The notes beneath the pieces are model-generated. The model was not told the origin of the DNA. It made no database searches and saw nothing but the letters and a program-made list of their open reading frames with translations. A stretch of DNA of 25,105 bases from a virus (Duplodnaviria; Caudoviricetes), in the IMG/VR virus record IMGVR_UViG_3300042564_002498, positions 1 to 25,105 of that record. One strand, given 5' to 3'. Below are positions 17,001 to 25,105 of this stretch, piece after piece; position 1 is the stretch's first letter, and each line of letters begins with the position of its first letter. A program made the position numbers and the translations under genes.

Positions 17001-19575
17001 TAAAATAAGTCGTAGTTCCCGTGGTCACCACATCAAATGTTATTGATAAAAAACAAGTTGAATTACCTGATGGGATAATATATGGGACAATGGATGGAGG
17101 GCCTGCTTGTGTTGTCGCATAACTCACATTTGCGGTAAACCCGGTATTCTTGATAATACCATTAACACCATTTAATAAGTTATTTCCAATTGCGGTCGTC
17201 CCTGTCCATAAAAAGTTTACGTCTTTGGTTTTAAGAGGGTCAATAAAAGTTAATAATGTACCGGGTTCAAGAATTTGTGACGCTAAAACGGTTAAAGTGT
17301 TATCGTCGTGAGATTTTCCAATATTACTTGGATAATTAAACGTTACTTTTATTTTGTTAATATTATCAAAATATTTTTTTCTTGTATTATACTTGTTAAT
17401 TCTTTCTCCCGGAGGTAACGTAATACCTGCGGCGATTAGTTTAGACCCAAATCTAGTTCCCTCAGTATTTGGGAAAGTAAATGGTTCTGAAAAAGTTGAT
17501 TTATGTACTGTTGGAGTTTTGGTGCTGAATCTTCCCGATAATGCTTGAGATATTGTAATTGCACTCAATTGAGCAGTATCTTCATTATCCAAATCAGGGT
17601 TGAAGAATTGGATTTCTAACCCATCAACATATAGTCCTCCATTAGATAATTGTGTTAATAATCCTGCTGGCGGTGCTGACTCTAAATCTCCTCCTCCCGG
17701 AGCAGTGGTCTCTGGGTCACATTCACAGGCCTGACAGTCAGGATATGTCATCATCGGTAATTTAAGTCTACCAAACTTATAGTTTACAATATTCCTAAAA
17801 TTGAGCGTTAAGAAAAGCGCCCCCACACTATATACTAAAGCCAGTAACGCATGTGGAACAATCATGGCGGCAGTTGCACCAAACGCTGCGGAACCCGCAA
17901 TTGCGGCCACAACTAAAATCCCTTGTTGAACCGCAGCTTTGACTAACAACCCAATTAAAAATAATAAAATTGGTATCGCAAAATTATTCCAAAGAAATGC
18001 CAAGAAATGAAATATTGTTAATAATGGTATTCCTATTAATTGCACAATTTGAAGAATTATTGCAAAAATAAAATATATTAAGTCAAAATTTCTAAATCCA
18101 TCATTTACAGGAAACTTGTTAATTGTATTGTCGCAATCAGAGCTATCAATTTCTTTAATCCCTATGAAATTCCCTCTTCCACCATTTTTAAATTCATCAA
18201 TTAATCCGGCAACTGTGTAGACTTTATTATATTGAAATTCATAAAAAGTATCTTCACAATTAATAATTTCATTTAGTCTATCATAATACTCGTTTCCGAT
18301 TGTTTTACTAAAATCGTTAGTATATCCACTCCAAGCCAATCCAAAATAATAAGAACTTTGTTGTTGTAATGGTTTACTAATACTACCAGTTCCTGTCCAT
18401 CCATATTCTTTAACATTTGGGACCAAAAAATATGGTCTTCTAACTTGTTCACTTAAACTTGGCGATTGTTGCCACTTAATTTTAAATCTATATTTTGCTT
18501 TAGTTGGAATTCCTACGGTTGGGTCGTTAGATAAAATTTTCTCTCCGAACTCATTTGTTATAAAATAATCCAAATTCATTGGTAACTCAGTTAACCAAAC
18601 TCCATTACCATCTATAATATTACCAGATTGTTCTAATTGATGTTGTTCCAAAACAGGATTACCCTCATCATCTTGATAAATTGTTTGTCTTATGGCCAAT
18701 ATTTGTCCCGGACCGGCAATTAATGAACAAAGATTACCCATGTCATCCGCAGGTTTTGCATTTGCTCTAACTCTATAACCATCTGAACTTGAATATATTG
18801 ACCCCATGAACACCGATGTTGGTTGTATATCAACATTAGCGTCGTCCCTTAAATCAAAATCAACTCGATTTATTGCAATATTACACAATTCAGGGTCTCC
18901 CCAAAGAGGTGATACTTCAACATCTTTCGTTAAATTAATGATTTGTGGTAAAGAATTTAAATCCGTTGACGTTCTAAATCTATTTCCTGCCACTTGGGCT
19001 TCGGTCGCAAGACCCATTCTTATTAAGTCTTGAGGTGTCAACGAAAATTCACCAATATCCGATAAATCAACATCCATAACTAAATTATGGTTTCCCTGAG
19101 GAACTCCCATAATCATATAATCACCACTTTCATTGGTTTTTACACTATACTTATAATACTTGTCATATATTTCAACAGCAGTCGCCCCTGTTAATACATC
19201 CAATCTTGAGGGTAATGTCCCCGTGGCGGCATGAGTTGAATAAGATTTTTCGTAAGGAAGTAAATTATAACGATATCCATCTTCATTTCTATCGTTAGGT
19301 GACTTATACGGATATATACTAGAAATTATCGGATTTGATTCATCAACCGAACTTATTGGAATGAATATTGAAACTCGGGCGTTTGGAATACCAAATCCGT
19401 TATTCGCAGTTACTCTACCGACAACCACACCATATTGAGCGCAACTTTTAGTATAGACATCGGCTTGTTGTAATGTTAGTGATAAAATCTCTAAAAATTC
19501 AAATTGCTGGTCTAATTGAACATTAATTGATTTATTAATACCTAACTCTGTTCTTATTCTATATGATTGACCCAT
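14092..19575 (-). CDS. 1827-aa putative baseplate-associated protein with an N-terminal carboxypeptidase-regulatory-like domain and an internal hydrophobic segment
   Basis: ATG at 19573-19575. GVVVGRVTANNGFGIPNARVSI...KTNESGDYMIMGVPQG resembles the CarboxypepD_reg-like/prealbumin fold pattern. There is a ~95-aa hydrophobic tract followed by YPDCQACEC. The gene directly follows the gp6-like gene. Confidence 0.8.
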   Translation of the reverse strand: MGQSYRIRTELGINKSINVQLDQQFEFLEILSLTLQQADVYTKSCAQYGVVVGRVTANNGFGIPNARVSIFIPISSVDESNPIISSIYPYKSPNDRNEDGYRYNLLPYEKSYSTHAATGTLPSRLDVLTGATAVEIYDKYYKYSVKTNESGDYMIMGVPQGNHNLVMDVDLSDIGEFSLTPQDLIRMGLATEAQVAGNRFRTSTDLNSLPQIINLTKDVEVSPLWGDPELCNIAINRVDFDLRDDANVDIQPTSVFMGSIYSSSDGYRVRANAKPADDMGNLCSLIAGPGQILAIRQTIYQDDEGNPVLEQHQLEQSGNIIDGNGVWLTELPMNLDYFITNEFGEKILSNDPTVGIPTKAKYRFKIKWQQSPSLSEQVRRPYFLVPNVKEYGWTGTGSISKPLQQQSSYYFGLAWSGYTNDFSKTIGNEYYDRLNEIINCEDTFYEFQYNKVYTVAGLIDEFKNGGRGNFIGIKEIDSSDCDNTINKFPVNDGFRNFDLIYFIFAIILQIVQLIGIPLLTIFHFLAFLWNNFAIPILLFLIGLLVKAAVQQGILVVAAIAGSAAFGATAAMIVPHALLALVYSVGALFLTLNFRNIVNYKFGRLKLPMMTYPDCQACECDPETTAPGGGDLESAPPAGLLTQLSNGGLYVDGLEIQFFNPDLDNEDTAQLSAITISQALSGRFSTKTPTVHKSTFSEPFTFPNTEGTRFGSKLIAAGITLPPGERINKYNTRKKYFDNINKIKVTFNYPSNIGKSHDDNTLTVLASQILEPGTLLTFIDPLKTKDVNFLWTGTTAIGNNLLNGVNGIIKNTGFTANVSYATTQAGPPSIVPYIIPSGNSTCFLSITFDVVTTGTTTYFSCANNKVTVTATTTGTKTITNENGIDVTTLGGTAEISGITYGQACQRYIYPSDLEYYQVLTAITITTTVVNGKTIYSLPGQVLDNSGNPDPTKGFWNDLIADNKGFLFSNIGSGESRLNDRWGYIGGSNVSFSKNPVADNVYQNVIPPDNPNFSFPTSILDGFNEQVVLILQRGVDPYSPKLQNSYGIGRILGHSSENAVVITGMTRMNIPIQPLPSNSTISVQNHKNVGEIFSGSYFYTPGIPNNIIPNASTTPGLAFSSYTTSNVGYYGALDSRYVRPPSQLKITSILNQVFYGNGIQTNSFQQDSFFCCNTVTTNTPYGINSISVGGPTIMKGVASSQIANLFAGQSTKSSWRPDINYGGKTPPLNPSTRYQPNEDLSGAAYMFRGPLREFMSDFNRAPTSDNYVGYQLSEGQPFNLYFSPLLLPEFTGTTGPNAGLTISATTQMVMRTDRLPSSDGFDVQKRATDFAFLNGSVGLLQQNLSFAVYSKEAGLDFKGPSFSTGAEQVTADIQNQVLSATVFETMNTCEKMVGLTYYSGNGVNFGVKKDALTTDNVENGCYVMLNKPLLDLTKDIGTFGEWGYRLRFYYGLCRGVLAQSFVNNWVNGSLYMFPIQVDTFYDINNRPTSEFANQIAYFDDKTNNFYYRSSPYLLSANNPRFIGSPVLGLNSSLNVRNLLFPTTIINLGYKDDFYGEIIFDPAAKGYIMRSLNSTSYSDTSDLVNLFVISRITNSNFLNNILSGLNNALNILFSRKGLRIDGDLAQSMSINSEYGVIPFSPEYYSPESGSVVVLDGPTMGVFFSSTTFDLQNKDYLSPGIINFRSPFSSNVNTFQYGIKSQLVPFYQWDLTQLGGNNTIFGSERNTWRTNQSPTNEGIFSRNYQSLNRREPDIAGTPSYFMGSNVQGTGGNKDIYQRGYIFNVDSNGNYSFSAGTWPDEFLVGAPNHFYFGTIQGESALDKFKTKYSVDE

Positions 19576-19590
19576 CAAACTATTTTATTT

Positions 19591-19598
19591 AATAAATA
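19591..19598 (-). promoter_or_regulatory. TATTTATT (one-mismatch variant) 15 nt upstream of the ATG at 19575
   Basis: + strand aataaata, with the same spacing as the copy at 10409. Confidence 0.45.
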
Positions 19599-19667
19599 CT
19601 TTATATGGAATTTTTAAAAAAATCCACGTGATAAAATTATAAGATAAAGTAAAATAAAGTGAACTTG

Positions 19668-21506
19668 TTATGAAAAAGTTACTGATTGGAAATTTTTAAC
19701 TGAAATTCTAATGTCTTTATTTGGATATCGAACTTGATATACTTGTGAAGGTTGTGCAAATATAGTATCATCAACAGGTCCAATTAATTTTGTTTCTTCA
19801 TTTGAATATATCATAGATGTTTCAGCTGAAGAGTATTGTCCTCCCACTTCATTAAAAACATCAATACTCGCAACTGTTAAAACCCCATTTGTATTTTGTA
19901 TTATACTTCTAACCTCAGAAAGATATACGTTTTGACCTAATTGTCTTGTTTGAGGATTAAAGTATGCGGACACTTTATCGATAACACTAGCAATTACTTG
20001 ACCTGAATTTTGTGCAGAGTCAAGAACAATAGAAATATCCATACTTAAATCAATTACTTCGGCACTTAACACTGAAATATAATCATTCATCATTCTATAG
20101 TTGGATAGATAATTGGCGATATTTTGTCTTAAAGTATTTGAAACAATATTGGTTAATTTCCCTGAAGTATCATAAGATAGTATTTGAATTAATATTTTAT
20201 TATCGTTCTCAGTTATTGAAACTTTCGCAGGTGCTCCGAATTGAGCCGGCATATTTCTAATTAACGATTCATAATCTTGAACCGTCACCGCTCGTTTTTG
20301 AGCTGCGAAGTTAAATGAAACATAATTTCTAATTTCTTCTAATGATGGAATACCCGAACCTCCAACCGCGGCGGTTACGTTAACACATCTCAATGAATTA
20401 ACAACTGACGAGTTTGTGGTTTCCGATGGTCCATTCACAAAGAACGAAACCGTTCCAATTTGATTAATAACATTTGTCCCTAAATTGGTCGCCAATCCAC
20501 CACCAACTCGGTATTGAATGAATAGTGTTGAGTTTGGAGTTAATGTCGAACCTAACGAAAAGTTATTTGAATATTTTTGTAATTCTAATGTTGTCCCTAA
20601 AGTTGTAAATTGATTTAATTGGTCTTGAGCGGTATTCGTTCCACCACCAAATGTCATTTTTTTAAACCCTTCAGGTGTATATTCAGTAATAAATCTATTT
20701 TGAGTTTGAATATACCTACCCACTTTAATTCCAGGTTGGTCCGAAACTTTCGTTGGGTCTTCAATAAAGACTCTATCTTCGGCTAATGCGTCAACTTCAT
20801 ACCATCTATTGTCGACACCTAAAAACTCTGCAGTTGTTGGGATGTTTGTATAACTTGTTCCATTTTTTAATAAAACACTCGTTATTCCCAAAACATTTTT
20901 TTCAGGTAAAAATAATTCAAAAAATGGTCTTACGTCATTAGCCCCAATAACTCTTTTGAATACTTTTGTAATACCATTAACAACAATTTCTCTTTTAGTA
21001 ATCGTGTAATTAACTAATATATTATTAGAGTTAAAATTTGGTATTTTTAATCTGTTTGGAAATCCTTGAGCATTATAAGGTGATGCAAAATCAATATCAT
21101 AAACGTTCTCAAATACAATACCCGCCCCAACAACTTGCGACCCTCGAGATAAGGTTCCAAGATATCTTTCATCTTCTTTATCTCCAAACGCTGGAACTGT
21201 TATTGAAAAGTCAACTAACGATACGGATGGTCTTTGTCCGGGTAATTTTAACCCGTATGTTCTGGCTATGTTGTAAATTGATGACCTTTGTTGGGCATAT
21301 TGTAGAACAGTCTCTTGAATGCTTCTATCGATATTATAATGTAAGTTATCCGCAACGGCAGCATTCAAATCGAGAAATACTGAGAAGACTGACGCATCAT
21401 TAAAATCCTGAATCAAATCAGGGTAATACGTTTTCGTGTAATTCAAAAGGTCTGCTCTTATCGATTGGTAATCTCTACTACTGTATGATATTCTATTATT
21501 TGCCAT
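19668..21506 (-). CDS. Baseplate wedge subunit (T4 gp6 / baseplate J-like), 612 aa
   Basis: Start moved to MANNRISY (ATG 21504-21506), 4 nt after the gp25-like stop. Motifs RDYQSIRADL..., LQYAQQRSSIYNIARTYG, YRVGGG and RAVTVQDYE are typical of gp6/J wedge proteins. Confidence 0.9.
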   Translation of the reverse strand: MANNRISYSSRDYQSIRADLLNYTKTYYPDLIQDFNDASVFSVFLDLNAAVADNLHYNIDRSIQETVLQYAQQRSSIYNIARTYGLKLPGQRPSVSLVDFSITVPAFGDKEDERYLGTLSRGSQVVGAGIVFENVYDIDFASPYNAQGFPNRLKIPNFNSNNILVNYTITKREIVVNGITKVFKRVIGANDVRPFFELFLPEKNVLGITSVLLKNGTSYTNIPTTAEFLGVDNRWYEVDALAEDRVFIEDPTKVSDQPGIKVGRYIQTQNRFITEYTPEGFKKMTFGGGTNTAQDQLNQFTTLGTTLELQKYSNNFSLGSTLTPNSTLFIQYRVGGGLATNLGTNVINQIGTVSFFVNGPSETTNSSVVNSLRCVNVTAAVGGSGIPSLEEIRNYVSFNFAAQKRAVTVQDYESLIRNMPAQFGAPAKVSITENDNKILIQILSYDTSGKLTNIVSNTLRQNIANYLSNYRMMNDYISVLSAEVIDLSMDISIVLDSAQNSGQVIASVIDKVSAYFNPQTRQLGQNVYLSEVRSIIQNTNGVLTVASIDVFNEVGGQYSSAETSMIYSNEETKLIGPVDDTIFAQPSQVYQVRYPNKDIRISVKNFQSVTFS

Positions 21507-21510
21507 AGTT

Positions 21511-21981
21511 TTAAATATTAATAATAACAAAATCACTTTGACCAAAAGTTGAACCATTGGTTGAGTAATCTATTCTTATTTTTGCGGTATATTCAGATGT
21601 TCCTTTTCCGGGAAATCTATATATTGATGATTCGCTTGTTCCCACAAAATTTTGCCCTGTTGCAATATCCGCTTCTTCTTGTGGGTCGGCCGGTGTTATA
21701 CTTAAACTATTAACCAATAAATTCGGCATAAAGTTTTGGATAGCATCTCTAATATCGGATTCAATTGCATTAAAAGTTAATGAATCGAATGGTTCAAAAA
21801 GGAATTCATATAGTCTAGTTCCAAATTCAGGTAGAAAATATCTTGACCCTTTTCGAGTTAATAATAAATGAATTAAATCAGCTTTAATTTCTTCCGATTG
21901 TAGTTCCGTTAATTGGAGGTAGTCTCCTCTTAAGGAATCTCTAAACGGAAAATTAATACCATATGTTACACCATTTGCCAT
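21511..21981 (-). CDS. Baseplate/sheath-initiator protein, GPW/gp25 family, 156 aa
   Basis: EEIKADLIHLLLTRKGSRYFLPEFGTRLYEFLFEP is the gp25 family signature. It is adjacent to the gp6-like gene. Confidence 0.92.
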   Translation of the reverse strand: MANGVTYGINFPFRDSLRGDYLQLTELQSEEIKADLIHLLLTRKGSRYFLPEFGTRLYEFLFEPFDSLTFNAIESDIRDAIQNFMPNLLVNSLSITPADPQEEADIATGQNFVGTSESSIYRFPGKGTSEYTAKIRIDYSTNGSTFGQSDFVIINI

Positions 21982-21984
21982 AAT

Positions 21985-22019
21985 TATAAATATATAGTTC
22001 TATTTTTTTCTTATAAATA
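21985..22019 (-). promoter_or_regulatory. Two TATTTATA motifs (21985-21992, 22012-22019) at the head of the structural module
   Basis: They lie 3 nt and 30 nt upstream of the ATG at 21981, immediately downstream of the nrdA terminator. Confidence 0.6.
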
Positions 22020-22021
22020 GA

Positions 22022-22057
22022 TAAAAAAAGAAAATCCCAACAATTAGTTGGGATTTT
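22022..22057 (-). terminator. Rho-independent terminator after nrdA
   Basis: Perfect 11-bp inverted repeat aaaatcccaac (22031-22041) / gttgggatttt (22047-22057) with a 5-nt loop. On the minus strand it is followed by a T-run. It starts 4 nt after the nrdA stop. Confidence 0.88.
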
Positions 22058-22061
22058 TATT

Positions 22062-24482
22062 TTAAGATGAACAACCAAAACATTCAAATTGACTATCTTC
22101 AGGTTTGTTAGCCACTTCAGATATTTCAACCTTTGGAGTTTCAGGTTTAATTTTGGGTTGTTGTATTTTTGATACGTCTACCGCCAAATGTTTTGCACCT
22201 GTTGATATTGCCTTAGTTCTAACATAGTAACACAAAGTCTTCAATCCTTTCGACCACGAATGGAAGTGAGATGATGTAATTTTTGATAATGTTGGATTTG
22301 ACATATAAATATTCATTGATTGTGATTGGTCAATAAATGGTGCTCTGTCTGCCGCCATATCAATCAACTCTCTCTGAGATATTTCCCATATAGTTTTATA
22401 TTTGTTAATCAAATGCTCGGTTCTTTTAACTTTTTTGGTATAATTTTTGTCTTCAGGGTCAAGATAATTATTGAAGTTAATATTTTGAATTGACCCTTCA
22501 TTCATGATAATTTCATTTTTTAAATCTTCGTTCCAAATACCAATCTTTTCAAAATCGGTAATTAAATACTTGTTTACAATTAAAATCTCCCCACCAACAA
22601 CACGTCTATTAAATAATGCCGAGTGAGCCGGTTCAGTCATTTCAAATGAACCTGTAATCTTAGCTGAAGACGCAACCGGCATTTGTGCCGTGAATAAAGA
22701 GTTACACACCCCATATTTTTTAACATCTTCTTTCAATGAACTCCAATCTAAAAATAATTCAGATTCAGTCAATCCCCACATATCAAATTGTAATACACCT
22801 TTTGACATCGGAGAACCTTCGAAATATTTGTAAGGTGTTCTAACTCCTGATTTACACAATTCCATACTTTCAGTTACCGCCGCAAAATATATTGCCTCAA
22901 ATATATTTTTATTCAACATTCTCGCTTCCTCTGATGTGAAAATGTAATCCATCAAATAAAATACATCCGCCAATCCTTGGGTTCCAATTGCAATTGCTCT
23001 TTGTTCTAATCCACCTTTCAATCCTTTTTCAGTTGAATATGTGTTCTTATCCACCACATTATTCAAAGCTCTTACAACTTTTCTAACTTCACCAATCAAA
23101 AGATTATAATCAAATTTACCATCTTTGATAAAGTTTTTCAACACGATTGATGACAATGTGCATATTGCCGTGGTTTCTTCATCTGTAAACTGATAAATCT
23201 CATTACAGAGGTTAGATTGTTTGATAACACCAATGTTTTGGTGATTTGTTTTTCTATTTGCACTGTCTTTAGAACATAAGTAAGGAACTCCCGTTTCGAT
23301 TTGAGATTCAACAATTTTTGTCCAAATGTCTTGTGCTTTAATTTTCTTACCAAGACCCATCTCAACCGCTTTGTTATAGTTTGATTCATATTCCTCACCA
23401 TAACACTCTTGAAGTGGTTTAATTCCCGCCTTGATGATGTCATTAGGGCAGAATAAATACCAATCACCATTGTCCTTAACCGCGTTCATAAAGTTATCCG
23501 GAATCCATATTGCGGTGAACAAATCTCTTGCTCTCAATTCTTCAGCACCTGTGTTTTTCTTAATTTCTAGTAAGTCTATGATATCTTTGTGCCATGGTTC
23601 CAAATAAATGGCGGCACTACCAGGTCTCCTACCTTGTTGATTGAAGAATCTTAGAGACTCGTTAACAATTTTCAAATACTTTAATAGTCCTCCGGCGAAT
23701 CCTCCTGAAGTATTAATTCTACTTTCCTTACTTCTAATGTTAGACATTGACAATCCAATACCCGCAGCGTCTGAAGAATATGTTGAAATATCATTCAAAG
23801 TATCCAACAATCCATTACGAGAATCTGAATTATTATAGTGTAATACACATGATGCCAATTGAGGAACTTTGGTTCCCGAGTTAATCATGATTGGTGTTGC
23901 CGGTGATATCAATTGAGTTGACAATGAATTATAATAATCCATAGCTTCTTCATAGGTGTTTGTTACCCACAAAGCAACTCTCATATACATATGTTGAGGT
24001 CTTTCTACCACTTTACCTTCAGGTGTTTTTAACAAATACATCTCCTGTAATGACCTCCAAGCGAAGTAATCAAAATTATAATCATTTTCATGATTAATCG
24101 CCTCGTCAATTTTCTCCGGTCCATAATTTTTAATAACATCGATTAGTTTTTCGTTAACGACACCCAAATCATATAATTCCATCATGGTTTCCGAAAAACT
24201 ATCTTTAGTTTCCTTATGATACGCTGAAATAGCAACTGATGATGCGAGTCTTGAGTAGTCGTGGTGACTACCCGTATATGCCGCAGCAATTTCATAAACA
24301 AGTTTATCCAATTCTTTAGTGGTAATCAAACCTTCAGTTGGAACTGAAGTTATTACTTTTATAAAAATCTCGTCAGAATTAACACTCAATCCTTTCGAAG
24401 CTCTTTTAATTCTGTTGTAAATTTTTTGTGGGTTAAACGGCGCATCGTCTCCACCTCTTTTTTTAATTCTCAATGACATCAT
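22062..24482 (-). CDS. nrdA: Ribonucleoside-diphosphate reductase class Ia alpha subunit with N-terminal ATP cone
   Basis: IKKRGG ATP-cone start, SPATP, QLASC, catalytic SNLCNEI, AICTL, MPVASS, TLCYYVRT tyrosine pair, C-terminal CFGCSS. Confidence 0.98.
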   Translation of the reverse strand: MMSLRIKKRGGDDAPFNPQKIYNRIKRASKGLSVNSDEIFIKVITSVPTEGLITTKELDKLVYEIAAAYTGSHHDYSRLASSVAISAYHKETKDSFSETMMELYDLGVVNEKLIDVIKNYGPEKIDEAINHENDYNFDYFAWRSLQEMYLLKTPEGKVVERPQHMYMRVALWVTNTYEEAMDYYNSLSTQLISPATPIMINSGTKVPQLASCVLHYNNSDSRNGLLDTLNDISTYSSDAAGIGLSMSNIRSKESRINTSGGFAGGLLKYLKIVNESLRFFNQQGRRPGSAAIYLEPWHKDIIDLLEIKKNTGAEELRARDLFTAIWIPDNFMNAVKDNGDWYLFCPNDIIKAGIKPLQECYGEEYESNYNKAVEMGLGKKIKAQDIWTKIVESQIETGVPYLCSKDSANRKTNHQNIGVIKQSNLCNEIYQFTDEETTAICTLSSIVLKNFIKDGKFDYNLLIGEVRKVVRALNNVVDKNTYSTEKGLKGGLEQRAIAIGTQGLADVFYLMDYIFTSEEARMLNKNIFEAIYFAAVTESMELCKSGVRTPYKYFEGSPMSKGVLQFDMWGLTESELFLDWSSLKEDVKKYGVCNSLFTAQMPVASSAKITGSFEMTEPAHSALFNRRVVGGEILIVNKYLITDFEKIGIWNEDLKNEIIMNEGSIQNINFNNYLDPEDKNYTKKVKRTEHLINKYKTIWEISQRELIDMAADRAPFIDQSQSMNIYMSNPTLSKITSSHFHSWSKGLKTLCYYVRTKAISTGAKHLAVDVSKIQQPKIKPETPKVEISEVANKPEDSQFECFGCSS

Positions 24483-24497
24483 AATTTATGTTTTTTT

Positions 24498-25105
24498 TTA
24501 GAAATCTTCTGTAAATGTAATAGTTTCGTTCAATTTTGCTTTTTGGTATTCCATAGTTCTTGATTCAAAGAAATTACCTTTAGTTTCAACCGCGATTTGT
24601 TCCATGAACTTAAATGGTTGTTCAACATTAAATTCTTTTTTACATCCAAGTTTAACTAAAAGTCCGTCAACCACAAACTCAAGATATTGTTTCATCAAAT
24701 TTGAATTCATACCAATGAGTGATACAGGTAAAGATTCTGTAATAAATTCTTTCTCAATTTCTAACGCTGATAATAAAATTTCTTTAATTCTCTTTTCACT
24801 TGGTTTATCCTCGATATGATTGTTCAATAAATGAATTGCGAAATCACAATGTAAGTTCTCATCCTTAAAAATCAATGAATTAGCATTACACAAACCTTGC
24901 ATAAGTCCTCTTGATTTTAACCAAAAAATTGAACAGAATGACCCTGAAAAGAAGATACCTTCAACTGCCGCAAATGCTACCAATCGTTCTTGGAATGACG
25001 CGTCTTTAATCCAATTCAAAGCCCAATTAGCTTTCTTTTGAACTGCAGGTAATCTATCGATTGCGTGGAAACATTCATCTTTTTCTTTTGGATTTGAAAC
25101 ATAAG
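24498..25105 (-). CDS. nrdB: Ribonucleoside-diphosphate reductase class Ia beta subunit, 5' end outside the window
   Basis: [30 protein letters not shown] iron ligands, KGNFFESR, C-terminal FTEDF. The frame stays open past the track's 25019 start ([33 protein letters not shown]) to the window edge. Confidence 0.97.
   Translation of the reverse strand, partial: YVSNPKEKDECFHAIDRLPAVQKKANWALNWIKDASFQERLVAFAAVEGIFFSGSFCSIFWLKSRGLMQGLCNANSLIFKDENLHCDFAIHLLNNHIEDKPSEKRIKEILLSALEIEKEFITESLPVSLIGMNSNLMKQYLEFVVDGLLVKLGCKKEFNVEQPFKFMEQIAVETKGNFFESRTMEYQKAKLNETITFTEDF

Noticed and set aside
19606-19626. Imperfect palindrome tggaatttttaaaaaaatcca after the gp6-like gene
   Set aside because: Mostly A/T pairs with a mismatch and no clear U-tract. 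Too weak to call a terminator or operator.
19668-21981. Bacterial extracellular contractile injection system or T6SS locus instead of a phage
   Set aside because: There are no cellular housekeeping genes or eCIS/T6SS-specific genes, the adjacent nrdAB and dense single-strand layout fit a large phage, and the wedge protein is T4 gp6-like. Not fully excluded without capsid or terminase genes.
4805-24819. Short nested or antisense ORFs in the track (e.g. 4805-5041, 6842-7117, 8681-8890, 9469-9714, 11123-11314, 13078-13287, 17354-17548, 18806-19033, 21038-21403, 23138-23470, 23641-23838, 24604-24819)
   Set aside because: They overlap long, well-supported genes and show no recognisable motifs.
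22062-25105. Intein or group I intron in the RNR genes
   Set aside because: NrdA is a continuous 806-aa ORF of normal size with its motifs in expected order. The visible part of nrdB is also uninterrupted.
1-25105. Alternative genetic code (stop-codon reassignment), as in some large phages
   Set aside because: Standard-code ORFs tile almost the entire window with intact conserved proteins, so no recoding is needed.

Overview
AT-rich window with every credible gene on the minus strand. It reads as part of a large lytic myovirus-type (contractile-tail) phage genome, most plausibly infecting Bacteroidota (inference). In transcription order (right to left): 3' part of class Ia ribonucleotide reductase beta (nrdB), complete ATP-cone nrdA, an intrinsic terminator, then a tightly packed virion/baseplate module. 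That module holds a gp25-like protein, a gp6/baseplate-J-like wedge protein, a 1827-aa protein with an internal hydrophobic segment, four unknown proteins (one PKD-like), a gp7/P2-gpI-like protein, a seven-SprB-repeat adhesin-like protein, and a small SprB-like/PT-linker protein. The last gene (2330 to beyond position 1) is missing from the ORF track and encodes at least 162 in-register Gly-X-Y triplets made almost entirely of Ser/Thr, with no Pro seen. A TATTTATA motif, the reverse complement of the T4 late promoter, lies upstream of structural genes in four intergenic gaps. I saw no RNA genes, CRISPR arrays, integrase or IS elements. All family assignments come from motif recognition by eye, not database searches.
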